A stretch of 64,000 nucleotides of DNA from Eledone cirrhosa. Taxonomy: Eukaryota. The notes below the pieces were generated by a model. It was given only the letters and a program-made list of their open reading frames with translations, searched no databases and was not told the DNA's origin. Of the stretch, positions 26,537 through 40,200 are shown in pieces. Made by a program: the position numbers and the translations under genes. The DNA lies in contig OZ024758.1 of NCBI GenBank assembly GCA_964016885.1, positions 38,874,001 through 38,938,000 of the forward strand, given 5' to 3'. Every line of letters begins with the position of its first letter. The first letter of the stretch is position 1.

Positions 26537-29500
26537 ATGGTATTAGCTGTCAGAAGTAACTCCACTGTTGGTGAGAATTCATTTAAGTTCATGGTATTAG
26601 CTGTCAGAAGTAACTCCACTGTTGGTGAGAATTCATTTAAGTTCATGGTACTAGCTGTCAGAAGTAACTCCAATGTTGGTGAGAATTCATTTAAGTTCAT
26701 GGTATTAGCTGTCAGAAGTAACTCCACTGTTGGTGAGAATTCATTTAAGTCATGGTATTTATTAGCTGTCAGAAGTAACACCAATGTTGGTGAGAATTCA
26801 TTTAAGTTCATGGTATTAGCTGTCAGAAGTAACTCCACTGTTGGTGAGAATTCATTTAAGTTCATGGTATTAGCTGTCAGAAGTAACTCCACTGTTGGTG
26901 AGAATTCATTTAAGTTCATGGTACTAGCTGTCAGAAGTAACTCCACTGTTGTTGAGAATTCATTTAAGTTCATGGTATTAGTTTGTCAGAAGTAACTCCA
27001 CTGTTGGTGAGAATTCATTTAAGTCATGGTATTAGTTGTCAGAAGTAACTCCAATGTTGGTGAGAATTCATTTAAGTTCATGGTACTAGCTGTCAGAAGT
27101 AACTCCACTGTTGGTGAGAATTCATTTAAGTCATGGTATTAGCTGTCAGAAGTAACTCCAATGTTGGTGAGAATTCATTTAAGTTCATGGTATTAGCTGT
27201 CAGAAGTCACTCCACTGTTGGTGAGAATTCATTTAAGTTCATGGTACTAGCTGTCAGAAGTAACCCAATGTTGGTGAGAATTCATTTAAGTTCATGGTAT
27301 TAGCTGTCAGAAGTCACTCCAATGTTGGTGAGAATTCATTTAAGTTCATGGTATTAGCTGTCAGAAGTAATTCCACTGTTGGTGAGAATTCATTTAAGTT
27401 CATGGTATTAGCTGTCAGAAGTAACTCCACTGTTGGTGAGAATTCATTTAAGTTCATGGTATTAGCTGTCAGAAGTAACTCCACTGTTGGTGAGAATTCA
27501 TTTAAGTTCATGTTATTAGCTGTCAGAAGGAACTCCAATGTTGGTGAGAATTCATTTAAGTCATGGTACTAGCTGTCAGAAGTAACTCCACTGTTGGTGA
27601 GAATTCATTTAAGTTCATGGTATTAGCTGACAGAAGGAACGCCACTGTTGGTGAGAATTCATTTAAGTTCATGGTATTAGCTGTCAGAAGTAACTCCACT
27701 GTTGGTGAGAATTCATTTAAGTTCATGGTACTAGCTGTCAGAAGTAACTCCAATGTTGGTGAGAATTCATTTAAGTTCATGGTATTAGATGTCAGAAGGA
27801 ACTCCACTGTTGCTGAGAATTCATTTAAGTTCATGGTATTAGCTGTCAGAAGTAACTCCACTGTTGGTGAGAATTCATTTAAGTTCATGGTACTAGCTGT
27901 CAGAAGTAACTCCACTGTTGGTGAGAATTCATTTAAGTTCATGGTATTAGCTGTCAGAAGTCACTCCAATGTTGGTGAGAATTCATTTAAGTTCATGGTA
28001 TTAGCTGTCAGAAGTCACTCCACTGTTGGTTAGAATTCATTTAAGTTCATGGTACTAGCTGTCAGAAGTAACCCCAATGTTGGTGAGAATTCATTTAAGT
28101 TCATGGTATTAGCTGTCAGAAGTCACTCCAATGTTGGTGAGAATTCATTTAAGTTCATGGTATTAGCTGTCAGAAGTAACTCCACTGTTGGTGAGAATTC
28201 ATTTAAGTTCATGGTATTAGCTGTCAGAAGTAACTCCACTGTTGGTGAGAATTCATTTAAGTTCATGGTATTAGCTGTCAGAAGGAACTCCACTGTTGGT
28301 GAGAATTCATTTAAGTTCATGGTACTAGCTGTCAGAAGTAACTCCACTGTTGGTGAGAATTCATTTAAGTTCATGGTATTAGTTTGTCAGAAGTAACTCC
28401 ACTGTTGGTGAGAATTCATTTAAGTCATGGTACTAGCTGTCAGAAGTAACTCCACTGTTGGTGAGAATTCATTTAAGTTCATGGTATTAGCTGTCAGAAG
28501 TAACTCCACTGTTGGTGAGAATTCATTTAAGTTCATGGTATTAGCTGTCAGAAGTAACTCCACTGTTGGTGAGAATTCATTTAAGTTCATGGTATTAGCT
28601 GTTAGATGGAACTCCAATGTTGGTGAGAATTCATTTAAGTCATGGTACTAGCTGTCAGAAGTAACTCCACTGTTGGTGAGAATTCATTTAAGTTCATGGT
28701 ATTAGCTGTCAGAAGGAACGCCACTGTTGGTGAGAATTCATTTAAGTTAATGGTATTAGCTGTCAGAAGTAACTCCACTGTTGGTGAGAATTCATTTAAG
28801 TTCATGGTACTAGGTGTCAGAAGTAACTCCAATGTTGGTGAGAATTCATTTAAGTTCATGGTATTAGCTGTCAGAAGGAACACCACTGTTGCTGAGAATT
28901 CATTTAAGTTCATGGTATTAGCTGTCAGAAGTAACTCCACTGTTGGTGAGAATTCATTTAAGTTCATGGTATTAGCTGTCAGAAGTAACTCCACTGTTGG
29001 TGAGAATTCATTTAAGTCATGGTATTAGCTGTCAGAAGTAACTCCAATGTTGGTGAGAATTCATTTAAGTTCATGGTATTAGCTGTCAGAAGTAACTCCA
29101 ATGTTGGTGAGAATTCATTTAAGTTCATGGTATTAGCTGTCAGAAGGAACTCCACTGTTGGTGAGAATTCATTTAAGTTCATGGTATTAGCTGTCAGAAG
29201 TAACTCCACTGTTGGTGAGAATTCATTTAAGTTCATGGTAGTAGCTGTCAGAAGTAACTCCACTGTTGGTGAGAATTCATTTAAGTTCATGGTACTAGCT
29301 GTCAGAAGTAACTCCAATGTTGGTGAGAATTCATTTAATTTCATGGTATTAGCTGTCAGAAGTAACTCCACTGTTGGTGAGAATTCATTTAAGTCATGGT
29401 ATTTATTAGCTGTCAGAAGTAACACCAATGTTGGTGAGAATTCATTTAAGTTCATGGTATTAGCTGTCAGAAGTAACTCCACTGTTGGTGAGAATTCATG

Positions 29501-31239
29501 TAAGTTCATGGTATTAGCTGTCAGAAGTAACTCCACTGTTGGTGAGAATTCATTTAAGTTCATGGTACTAGCTGTCAGAAGTAACTCCACTGTTGTTGAG
29601 AATTCATTTAAGTTCATGGTATTAGTTTGTCAGAAGTAACTCCACTGTTGGTGAGAATTCATTTAAGTCATGGTATTAGTTGTCAGAAGTAACTCCAATG
29701 TTGGTGAGAATTCATTTAAGTTCATGGTACTAGCTGTCAGAAGTAACTCCACTGTTGGTGAGAATTCATTTAAGTCATGGTATTAGCTGTCGAAAGTAAC
29801 TCCAATGTTGGTGAGAATTCATTTAAGTTCATGGTATTAGCTGTCAGAAGTCACTCCACTGTTGGTGAGAATTCATTTAAGTTCATGGTACTAGCTGTCA
29901 GAAGTAACTCCACTGTTGTTGAGAATTCATTTAAGTTCATGGTATTAGTTTGTCAGAAGTAACTCCACTGTTGGTGAGAATTCATTTAAGTCATGGTATT
30001 AGTTGTCAGAAGTAACTCCAATGTTGGTGAGAATTCATTTAAGTTCATGGTACTAGCTGTCAGAAGTAACTCCACTGTTGGTGAGAATTCATTTAAGTCA
30101 TGGTATTAGCTGTCGGAAGTAACTCCAATGTTGGTGAGAATTCATTTAAGTTCATGGTATTAGCTGTCAGAAGTCACTCCACTGTTGGTGAGAATTCATT
30201 TAAGTTCATGGTACTAGCTGTCAGAAGTAACCCAATGTTGGTGAGAATTCATTTAAGTTCATGGTATTAGCTGTCAGAAGTCACTCCAATGTTGGTGAGA
30301 ATTCATTTAAGTTCATGGTATTAGCTGTCAGAAGTAACTCCACTGTTGGTGAGAATTCATTTAAGTTCATGGTATTAGCTGTCAGAAGTAACTCCACTGT
30401 TGGTGAGAATTCATTTAAGTTCATGGTATTAGCTGTCAGAAGTAACTCCACTGTTGGTGAGAATTCATTTAAGTTCATGGTATTAGCTGTCAGAAGGAAC
30501 TCCAATGTTGGTGAGAATTCATTTAAGTCATGGTACTAGCTGTCAGAAGTAACTCCACTGTTGGTGAGAATTCATTTAAGTTCATGGTATTAGCTGACAG
30601 AAGGAACGCCACTGTTGGTGAGAATTCATTTAAGTTCATGGTATTAGCTGTCAGAAGTAACTCCACTGTTGGTGAGAATTCATTTAAGTTCATGGTACTA
30701 GCTGTCAGAAGTAACTCCAATGTTGGTGAGAATTCATTTAAGTTCATGGTATTAGCTGTCAGAAGGAACTCCACTGTTGCTGAGAATGCATTTAAGTTCA
30801 TGGTATTAGCTGTCAGAAGTAACTCCACTGTTGGTGAGAATTCATTTAAGTTCATGGTACTAGCTGTCAGAAGTAACTCCACTGTTGGTGAGAATTCATT
30901 TAAGTTCATGGTATTAGCTGTCAGAAGTCACTCCAATGTTGGTGAGAATTCATTTAAGTTCATGGTATTAGCTGTCAGAAGTCACTCCACTGTTGGTGAG
31001 AATTCATTTAAGTTCATGGTACTAGCTGTCAGAAGTAACCCCAATGTTGGTGAGAATTCATTTAAGTTCATGGTATTAGCTGTCAGAAGTCACTCCAATG
31101 TTGGTGAGAATTCATTTAAGTTCATGGTATTAGCTGTCAGAAGTAACTCCACTGTTGGTGAGAATTCATTTAAGTTCATGGTATTAGCTGTCAGAAGTAA
31201 CTCCACTGTTGGTGAGAATTCATTTAAGTTCATGGTATT

Positions 31240-34200
31240 AGCTGTCAGAAGGAACTCCACTGTTGGTGAGAATTCATTTAAGTTCATGGTACTAGCTGTC
31301 AGAAGTAACTCCACTGTTGGTGAGAATTCATTTAAGTTCATGGTATTAGTTTGTCAGAAGTAACTCCACTGTTGGTGAGAATTCATTTAAGTCATGGTAC
31401 TAGCTGTCAGAAGTAACTCCACTGTTGGTGAGAATTCATTTAAGTTCATGGTATTAGCTGTCAGAAGTAACTCCACTGTTGGTGAGAATTCATTTAAGTT
31501 CATGGTATTAGCTGTCAGAAGTAACTCCAATGTTGGTGAGAATTCATTTAAGTTCATGGTATTAGCTGTCAGAAGTAACTCCACTGTTGGTGAGAATTCA
31601 TTTAAGTTCATGGTATTAGCTGTCAGAAGTAACTCCACTGTTGGTGAGAATTCATTTAAGTCATCGTATTAGCTGTCAGAAGTAACTCCAATGTTGGTGA
31701 GAATTCATTTAAGTTCATGGTATTAGCTGTCAGAAGTAACTCCAATGTTGGTGAGAATTCATTTAAGTTCATGGTATTAGCTGTCAGAAGGAACTCCACT
31801 GTTGGTGAGAATTCATTTAAGTTCATGGTATTAGCTGTCAGAAGTAACTCCACTGTTGGTGAGAATTCATTTAAGTTCATGGTATTAGCTGTCAGAAGTA
31901 ACTCCACTGTTGGTGAGAATTCATTTAAGTTCATGGTACTAGCTGTCAGAAGTAACTCCAATGTTGGTGAGAATTCATTTAAGTTCATGGTATTAGCTGT
32001 CAGAAGTAACTCCACTGTTGGTGAGAATTCATTTAAGTCATGGTATTTATTAGCTGTCAGAAGTAACACCAATGTTGGTGAGAATTCATTTAAGTTCATG
32101 GTATTAGCTGTCAGAAGTAACTCCACTGTTGGTGAGAATTCATTTAAGTTCATGGTATTAGCTGTCAGAAGTAACTCCACTGTTGGTGAGAATTCATTTA
32201 AGTTCATGGTACTAGCTGTCAGAAGTAACTCCACTGTTGTTGAGAATTCATTTAAGTTCATGGTATTAGTTTGTCAGAAGTAACTCCACTGTTGGTGAGA
32301 ATTCATTTAAGTCATGGTATTAGTTGTCAGAAGTAACTCCAATGTTGGTGAGAATTCATTTAAGTTCATGGTACTAGCTGTCAGAAGTAACTCCACTGTT
32401 GGTGAGAATTCATTTAAGTCATGGTATTAGCTGTCAGAAGTAACTCCAATGTTGGTGAGAATTCATTTAAGTTCATGGTATTAGCTGTCAGAAGTCACTC
32501 CACTGTTGGTGAGAATTCATTTAAGTTCATGGTACTAGCTGTCAGAAGTAACCCAATGTTGGTGAGAATTCATTTAAGTTCATGGTATTAGCTGTCAGAA
32601 GTCACTCCAATGTTGGTGAGAATTCATTTAAGTTCATGGTATTAGCTGTCAGAAGTAACTCCACTGTTGGTGAGAATTCATTTAAGTTCATGGTATTAGC
32701 TGTCAGAAGTAACTCCACTGTTGGTGAGAATTCATTTAAGTTCATGGTATTAGCTGTCAGAAGTAACTCCACTGTTGGTGAGAATTCATTTAAGTTCATG
32801 GTACTAGCTGTCAGAAGTAACTCCAATGTTGGTGAGAATTCATTTAAGTTCATGGTATTAGCTGTCAGAAGGAACTCCACTGTTGCTGAGAATGCATTTA
32901 AGTTCATGGTATTAGCTGTCAGAAGTAACTCCACTGTTGGTGAGAATTCATTTAAGTTCATGGTACTAGCTGTCAGAAGTAACTCCACTGTTGGTGAGAA
33001 TTCATTTAAGTTCATGGTATTAGCTGTCAGAAGTCACTCCAATGTTGGTGAGAATTCATTTAAGTTCATGGTATTAGCTGTCAGAAGTCACTCCACTGTT
33101 GGTGAGAATTCATTTAAGTTCATGGTACTAGCTGTCAGAAGTAACCCCAATGTTGGTGAGAATTCATTTAAGTTCATGGTATTAGCTGTCAGAAGTCACT
33201 CCAATGTTGGTGAGAATTCATTTAAGTTCATGGTATTAGCTGTCAGAAGTAACTCCACTGTTGGTGAGAATTCATTTAAGTTCATGGTATTAGTTTGTCA
33301 GAAGTAACTCCACTGTTGGTGAGAATTCATTTAAGTCATGGTACTAGCTGTCAGAAGTAACTCCACTGTTGGTGAGAATTCATTTAAGTTCATGGTATTA
33401 GCTGTCAGAAGTAACTCCACTGTTGGTGAGAATTCATTTAAGTTCATGGTATTAGCTGTCAGAAGTAACTCCACTGTTGGTGAGAATTCATTTAAGTTCA
33501 TGGTATTAGCTGTTAGATGGAACTCCAATGTTGGTGAGAATTCATTTAAGTCATGGTACTAGCTGTCAGAAGTAACTCCACTGTTGGTGAGAATTCATTT
33601 AAGTTCATGGTATTAGCTGTCAGAAGGAACGCCACTGTTGGTGAGAATTCATTTAAGTTAATGGTATTAGCTGTCAGAAGTAACTCCACTGTTGGTGAGA
33701 ATTCATTTAAGTTCATGGTACTAGGTGTCAGAAGTAACTCCAATGTTGGTGAGAATTCATTTAAGTTCATGGTATTAGCTGTCAGAAGGAACTCCACTGT
33801 TGCTGAGAATTCATTTAAGTTCATGGTATTAGCTGTCAGAAGGAACTCCAATGTTGGTGAGAATTCATTTAAGTTCATGGTATTAGCTGTCAGACGTAAC
33901 TCCACTGTTGGTGAGAATTCATTTAAGTTCATGGTATTAGCTGTCAGAAGTAACTCCACTGTTGGTGAGAATTCATTTAAGTCATGGTATTAGCTGTCAG
34001 AAGTAACTCCAATGTTGGTGAGAATTCATTTAAGTTCATGGTATTAGCTGTCAGAAGTCACTCCAATGTTGGTGAGAATTCATTTAAGTTCATGGTATTA
34101 GCTGTCAGAAGTAACTCCACTGTTGGTGAGAATTCATTTAAGTTCATGGTATTAGCTGTCAGAAGTAACTCCACTGTTGGTGAGAATTCATTTAAGTTCA

Positions 34201-37200
34201 TGGTATTAGCTGTCAGAAGTAACTCCACTGTTGGTGAGAATTCATTTAAGTTCATGGTACTAGCTGTCAGAAGTAACTCCAATGTTGGTGAGAATTCATT
34301 TAAGTTCATGGTATTAGCTGTCAGAAGTAACTCCACTGTTGGTGAGAATTCATTTAAGTCATGGTATTTATTAGCTGTCAGAAGTAACACCAATGTTGGT
34401 GAGAATTCATTTAAGTTCATGGTATTAGCTGTCAGAAGTAACTCCACTGTTGGTGAGAATTCATTTAAGTTCATGGTATTAGCTGTCAGAAGTAACTTCA
34501 CTGTTGGTGAGAATTCATTTAAGTTCATGGTACTAGCTGTCAGAAGTAACTCCACTGTTGTTGAGAATTCATTTAAGTTCATGGTATTAGTTTGTCAGAA
34601 GTAACTCCACTGTTGGTGAGAATTCATTTAAGTCATGGTATTAGTTGTCAGAAGTAACTCCAATGTTGGTGAGAATTCATTTAAGTTCATGGTACTAGCT
34701 GTCAGAAGTAACTCCACTGTTGGTGAGAATTCATTTAAGTCATGGTATTAGCTGTCAGAAGTAACTCCAATGTTGGTGAGAATTCATTTAAGTTCATGGT
34801 ATTAGCTGTCAGAAGTCACTCCACTGTTGGTGAGAATTCATTTAAGTTCATGGTACTAGCTGTCAGAAGTAACCCAATGTTGGTGAGAATTCATTTAAGT
34901 TCATGGTATTAGCTGTCAGAAGTCACTCCAATGTTGGTGAGAATTCATTTAAGTTCATGGTATTAGCTGTCAGAAGTAACTCCACTGTTGGTGAGAATTC
35001 ATTTAAGTTCATGGTATTAGCTGTCAGAAGTAACTCCACTGTTGGTGAGAATTCATTTAAGTTCATGGTATTAGCTGTCAGAAGTAACTCCACTGTTGGT
35101 GAGAATTCATTTAAGTTCATGGTATTAGCTGTCAGAAGGAACTCCAATGTTGGTGAGAATTCATTTAAGTCATGGTACTAGCTGTCAGAAGTAACTCCAC
35201 TGTTGGTGAGAATTCATTTAAGTTCATGGTATTAGCTGACAGAAGGAACGCCACTGTTGGTGAGAATTCATTTAAGTTCATGGTATTAGCTGTCAGAAGT
35301 AACTCCACTGTTGGTGAGAATTCATTTAAGTTCATGGTACTAGCTGTCAGAAGTAACTCCAATGTTGGTGAGAATTCATTTAAGTTCATGGTATTAGCTG
35401 TCAGAAGGAACTCCACTGTTGCTGAGAATTCATTTAAGTTCATGGTATTAGCTGTCAGAAGTAACTCCACTGTTGGTGAGAATTCATTTAAGTTCATGGT
35501 ACTAGCTGTCAGAAGTAACTCCACTGTTGGTGAGAATTCATTTAAGTTCATGGTATTAGCTGTCAGAAGTCACTCCAATGTTGGTGAGAATTCATTTAAG
35601 TTCATGGTATTAGCTGTCAGAAGTCACTCCACTGTTGGTGAGAATTCATTTAAGTTCATGGTACTAGCTGTCAGAAGTAACCCCAATGTTGGTGAGAATT
35701 CATTTAAGTTCATGGTATTAGCTGTCAGAAGTCACTCCAATGTTGGTGAGAATTCATTTAAGTTCATGGTATTAGCTGTCAGAAGTAACTCCACTGTTGG
35801 TGAGAATTCATTTAAGTTCATGGTATTAGCTGTCAGAAGTAACTCCACTGTTGGTGAGAATTCATTTAAGTTCATGGTATTAGCTGTCAGAAGGAACTCC
35901 ACTGTTGGTGAGAATTCATTTAAGTTCATGGTACTAGCTGTCAGAAGTAACTCCACTGTTGGTGAGAATTCATTTAAGTTCATGGTATTAGTTTGTCAGA
36001 AGTAACTCCACTGTTGGTGAGAATTCATTTAAGTCATGGTACTAGCTGTCAGAAGTAACTCCACTGTTGGTGAGAATTCATTTAAGTTCATGGTATTAGC
36101 TGTCAGAAGTAACTCCACTGTTGGTGAGAATTCATTTAAGTTCATGGTATTAGCTGTCAGAAGTAACTCCACTGTTGGTGAGAATTCATTTAAGTTCATG
36201 GTATTAGCTGTTAGATGGAACTCCAATGTTGGTGAGAATTCATTTAAGTCATGGTACTAGCTGTCAGAAGGAACTCCACTGTTGGTGAGAATTCATTTAA
36301 GTTCATGGTACTAGCTGTCAGAAGTAACTCCACTGTTGGTGAGAATTCATTTAAGTTCATGGTATTAGTTTGTCAGAAGTAACTCCACTGTTGGTGAGAA
36401 TTCATTTAAGTCATGGTACTAGCTGTCAGAAGTAACTCCACTGTTGGTGAGAATTCATTTAAGTTCATGGTATTAGCTGTCAGAAGTAACTCCACTGTTG
36501 GTGAGAATTCATTTAAGTTCATGGTATTAGCTGTCAGAAGTAACTCCAATGTTGGTGAGAATTCATTTAAGTTCATGGTATTAGCTGTCAGAAGTAACTC
36601 CACTGTTGGTGAGAATTCATTTAAGTTCATGGTATTAGCTGTCAGAAGTAACTCCACTGTTGGTGAGAATTCATTTAAGTCATCGTATTAGCTGTCAGAA
36701 GTAACTCCAATGTTGGTGAGAATTCATTTAAGTTCATGGTATTAGCTGTCAGAAGTAACTCCAATGTTGGTGAGAATTCATTTAAGTTCATGGTATTAGC
36801 TGTCAGAAGGAACTCCACTGTTGGTGAGAATTCATTTAAGTTCATGGTATTAGCTGTCAGAAGTAACTCCACTGTTGGTGAGAATTCATTTAAGTTCATG
36901 GTATTAGCTGTCAGAAGTAACTCCACTGTTGGTGAGAATTCATTTAAGTTCATGGTACTAGCTGTCAGAAGTAACTCCAATGTTGGTGAGAATTCATTTA
37001 AGTTCATGGTATTAGCTGTCAGAAGTAACTCCACTGTTGGTGAGAATTCATTTAAGTCATGGTATTTATTAGCTGTCAGAAGTAACACCAATGTTGGTGA
37101 GAATTCATTTAAGTTCATGGTATTAGCTGTCAGAAGTAACTCCACTGTTGGTGAGAATTCATTTAAGTTCATGGTATTAGCTGTCAGAAGTAACTCCACT

Positions 37201-40200
37201 GTTGGTGAGAATTCATTTAAGTTCATGGTACTAGCTGTCAGAAGTAACTCCACTGTTGTTGAGAATTCATTTAAGTTCATGGTATTAGTTTGTCAGAAGT
37301 AACTCCACTGTTGGTGAGAATTCATTTAAGTCATGGTATTAGTTGTCAGAAGTAACTCCAATGTTGGTGAGAATTCATTTAAGTTCATGGTACTAGCTGT
37401 CAGAAGTAACTCCACTGTTGGTGAGAATTCATTTAAGTCATGGTATTAGCTGTCAGAAGTAACTCCAATGTTGGTGAGAATTCATTTAAGTTCATGGTAT
37501 TAGCTGTCAGAAGTCACTCCACTGTTGGTGAGAATTCATTTAAGTTCATGGTACTAGCTGTCAGAAGTAACCCAATGTTGGTGAGAATTCATTTAAGTTC
37601 ATGGTATTAGCTGTCAGAAGTCACTCCAATGTTGGTGAGAATTCATTTAAGTTCATGGTATTAGCTGTCAGAAGTAACTCCACTGTTGGTGAGAATTCAT
37701 TTAAGTTCATGGTATTAGCTGTCAGAAGTAACTCCACTGTTGGTGAGAATTCATTTAAGTTCATGGTATTAGCTGTCAGAAGTAACTCCACTGTTGGTGA
37801 GAATTCATTTAAGTTCATGGTACTAGCTGTCAGAAGTAACTCCAATGTTGGTGAGAATTCATTTAAGTTCATGGTATTAGCTGTCAGAAGGAACTCCACT
37901 GTTGCTGAGAATGCATTTAAGTTCATGGTATTAGCTGTCAGAAGTAACTCCACTGTTGGTGAGAATTCATTTAAGTTCATGGTACTAGCTGTCAGAAGTA
38001 ACTCCACTGTTGGTGAGAATTCATTTAAGTTCATGGTATTAGCTGTCAGAAGTCACTCCAATGTTGGTGAGAATTCATTTAAGTTCATGGTATTAGCTGT
38101 CAGAAGTCACTCCACTGTTGGTGAGAATTCATTTAAGTTCATGGTACTAGCTGTCAGAAGTAACCCCAATGTTGGTGAGAATTCATTTAAGTTCATGGTA
38201 TTAGCTGTCAGAAGTCACTCCAATGTTGGTGAGAATTCATTTAAGTTCATGGTATTAGCTGTCAGAAGTAACTCCACTGTTGGTGAGAATTCATTTAAGT
38301 TCATGGTATTAGTTTGTCAGAAGTAACTCCACTGTTGGTGAGAATTCATTTAAGTCATGGTACTAGCTGTCAGAAGTAACTCCACTGTTGGTGAGAATTC
38401 ATTTAAGTTCATGGTATTAGCTGTCAGAAGTAACTCCACTGTTGGTGAGAATTCATTTAAGTTCATGGTATTAGCTGTCAGAAGTAACTCCACTGTTGGT
38501 GAGAATTCATTTAAGTTCATGGTATTAGCTGTTAGATGGAACTCCAATGTTGGTGAGAATTCATTTAAGTCATGGTACTAGCTGTCAGAAGTAACTCCAC
38601 TGTTGGTGAGAATTCATTTAAGTTCATGGTATTAGCTGTCAGAAGGAACGCCACTGTTGGTGAGAATTCATTTAAGTTAATGGTATTAGCTGTCAGAAGT
38701 AACTCCACTGTTGGTGAGAATTCATTTAAGTTCATGGTACTAGGTGTCAGAAGTAACTCCAATGTTGGTGAGAATTCATTTAAGTTCATGGTATTAGCTG
38801 TCAGAAGGAACTCCACTGTTGCTGAGAATTCATTTAAGTTCATGGTATTAGCTGTCAGAAGGAACTCCAATGTTGGTGAGAATTCATTTAAGTTCATGGT
38901 ATTAGCTGTCAGACGTAACTCCACTGTTGGTGAGAATTCATTTAAGTTCATGGTATTAGCTGTCAGAAGTAACTCCACTGTTGGTGAGAATTCATTTAAG
39001 TCATGGTATTAGCTGTCAGAAGTAACTCCAATGTTGGTGAGAATTCATTTAAGTTCATGGTATTATCTCTCAGAAGTCACTCCAATGTTGGTGAGAATTC
39101 ATTTAAGTTCATGGTATTAGCTGTCAGAAGTAACTCCACTGTTGGTGAGAATTCATTTAAGTTCATGGTATTAGCTGTCAGAAGTAACTCCACTGTTGGT
39201 GAGAATTCATTTAAGTTCATGGTATTAGCTGTCAGAAGTAACTCCACTGTTGGTGAGAATTCATTTAAGTTCATGGTACTAGCTGTCAGAAGTAACTCCA
39301 ATGTTGGTGAGAATTCATTTAAGTTCATGGTATTAGCTGTCAGAAGTAACTCCACTGTTGGTGAGAATTCATTTAAGTCATGGTATTTATTAGCTGTCAG
39401 AAGTAACACCAATGTTGGTGAGAATTCATTTAAGTTCATGGTATTAGCTGTCAGAAGTAACTCCACTGTTGGTGAGAATTCATTTAAGTTCATGGTATTA
39501 GCTGTCAGAAGTAACTTCACTGTTGGTGAGAATTCATTTAAGTTCATGGTACTAGCTGTCAGAAGTAACTCCACTGTTGTTGAGAATTCATTTAAGTTCA
39601 TGGTATTAGTTTGTCAGAAGTAACTCCACTGTTGGTGAGAATTCATTTAAGTCATGGTATTAGTTGTCAGAAGTAACTCCAATGTTGGTGAGAATTCATT
39701 TAAGTTCATGGTACTAGCTGTCAGAAGTAACTCCACTGTTGGTGAGAATTCATTTAAGTCATGGTATTAGCTGTCAGAAGTAACTCCAATGTTGGTGAGA
39801 ATTCATTTAAGTTCATGGTATTAGCTGTCAGAAGTCACTCCACTGTTGGTGAGAATTCATTTAAGTTCATGGTACTAGCTGTCAGAAGTAACCCAATGTT
39901 GGTGAGAATTCATTTAAGTTCATGGTATTAGCTGTCAGAAGTCACTCCAATGTTGGTGAGAATTCATTTAAGTTCATGGTATTAGCTGTCAGAAGTAACT
40001 CCACTGTTGGTGAGAATTCATTTAAGTTCATGGTATTAGCTGTCAGAAGTAACTCCACTGTTGGTGAGAATTCATTTAAGTTCATGGTATTAGCTGTCAG
40101 AAGTAACTCCACTGTTGGTGAGAATTCATTTAAGTTCATGGTATTAGCTGTCAGAAGGAACTCCAATGTTGGTGAGAATTCATTTAAGTCATGGTACTAG

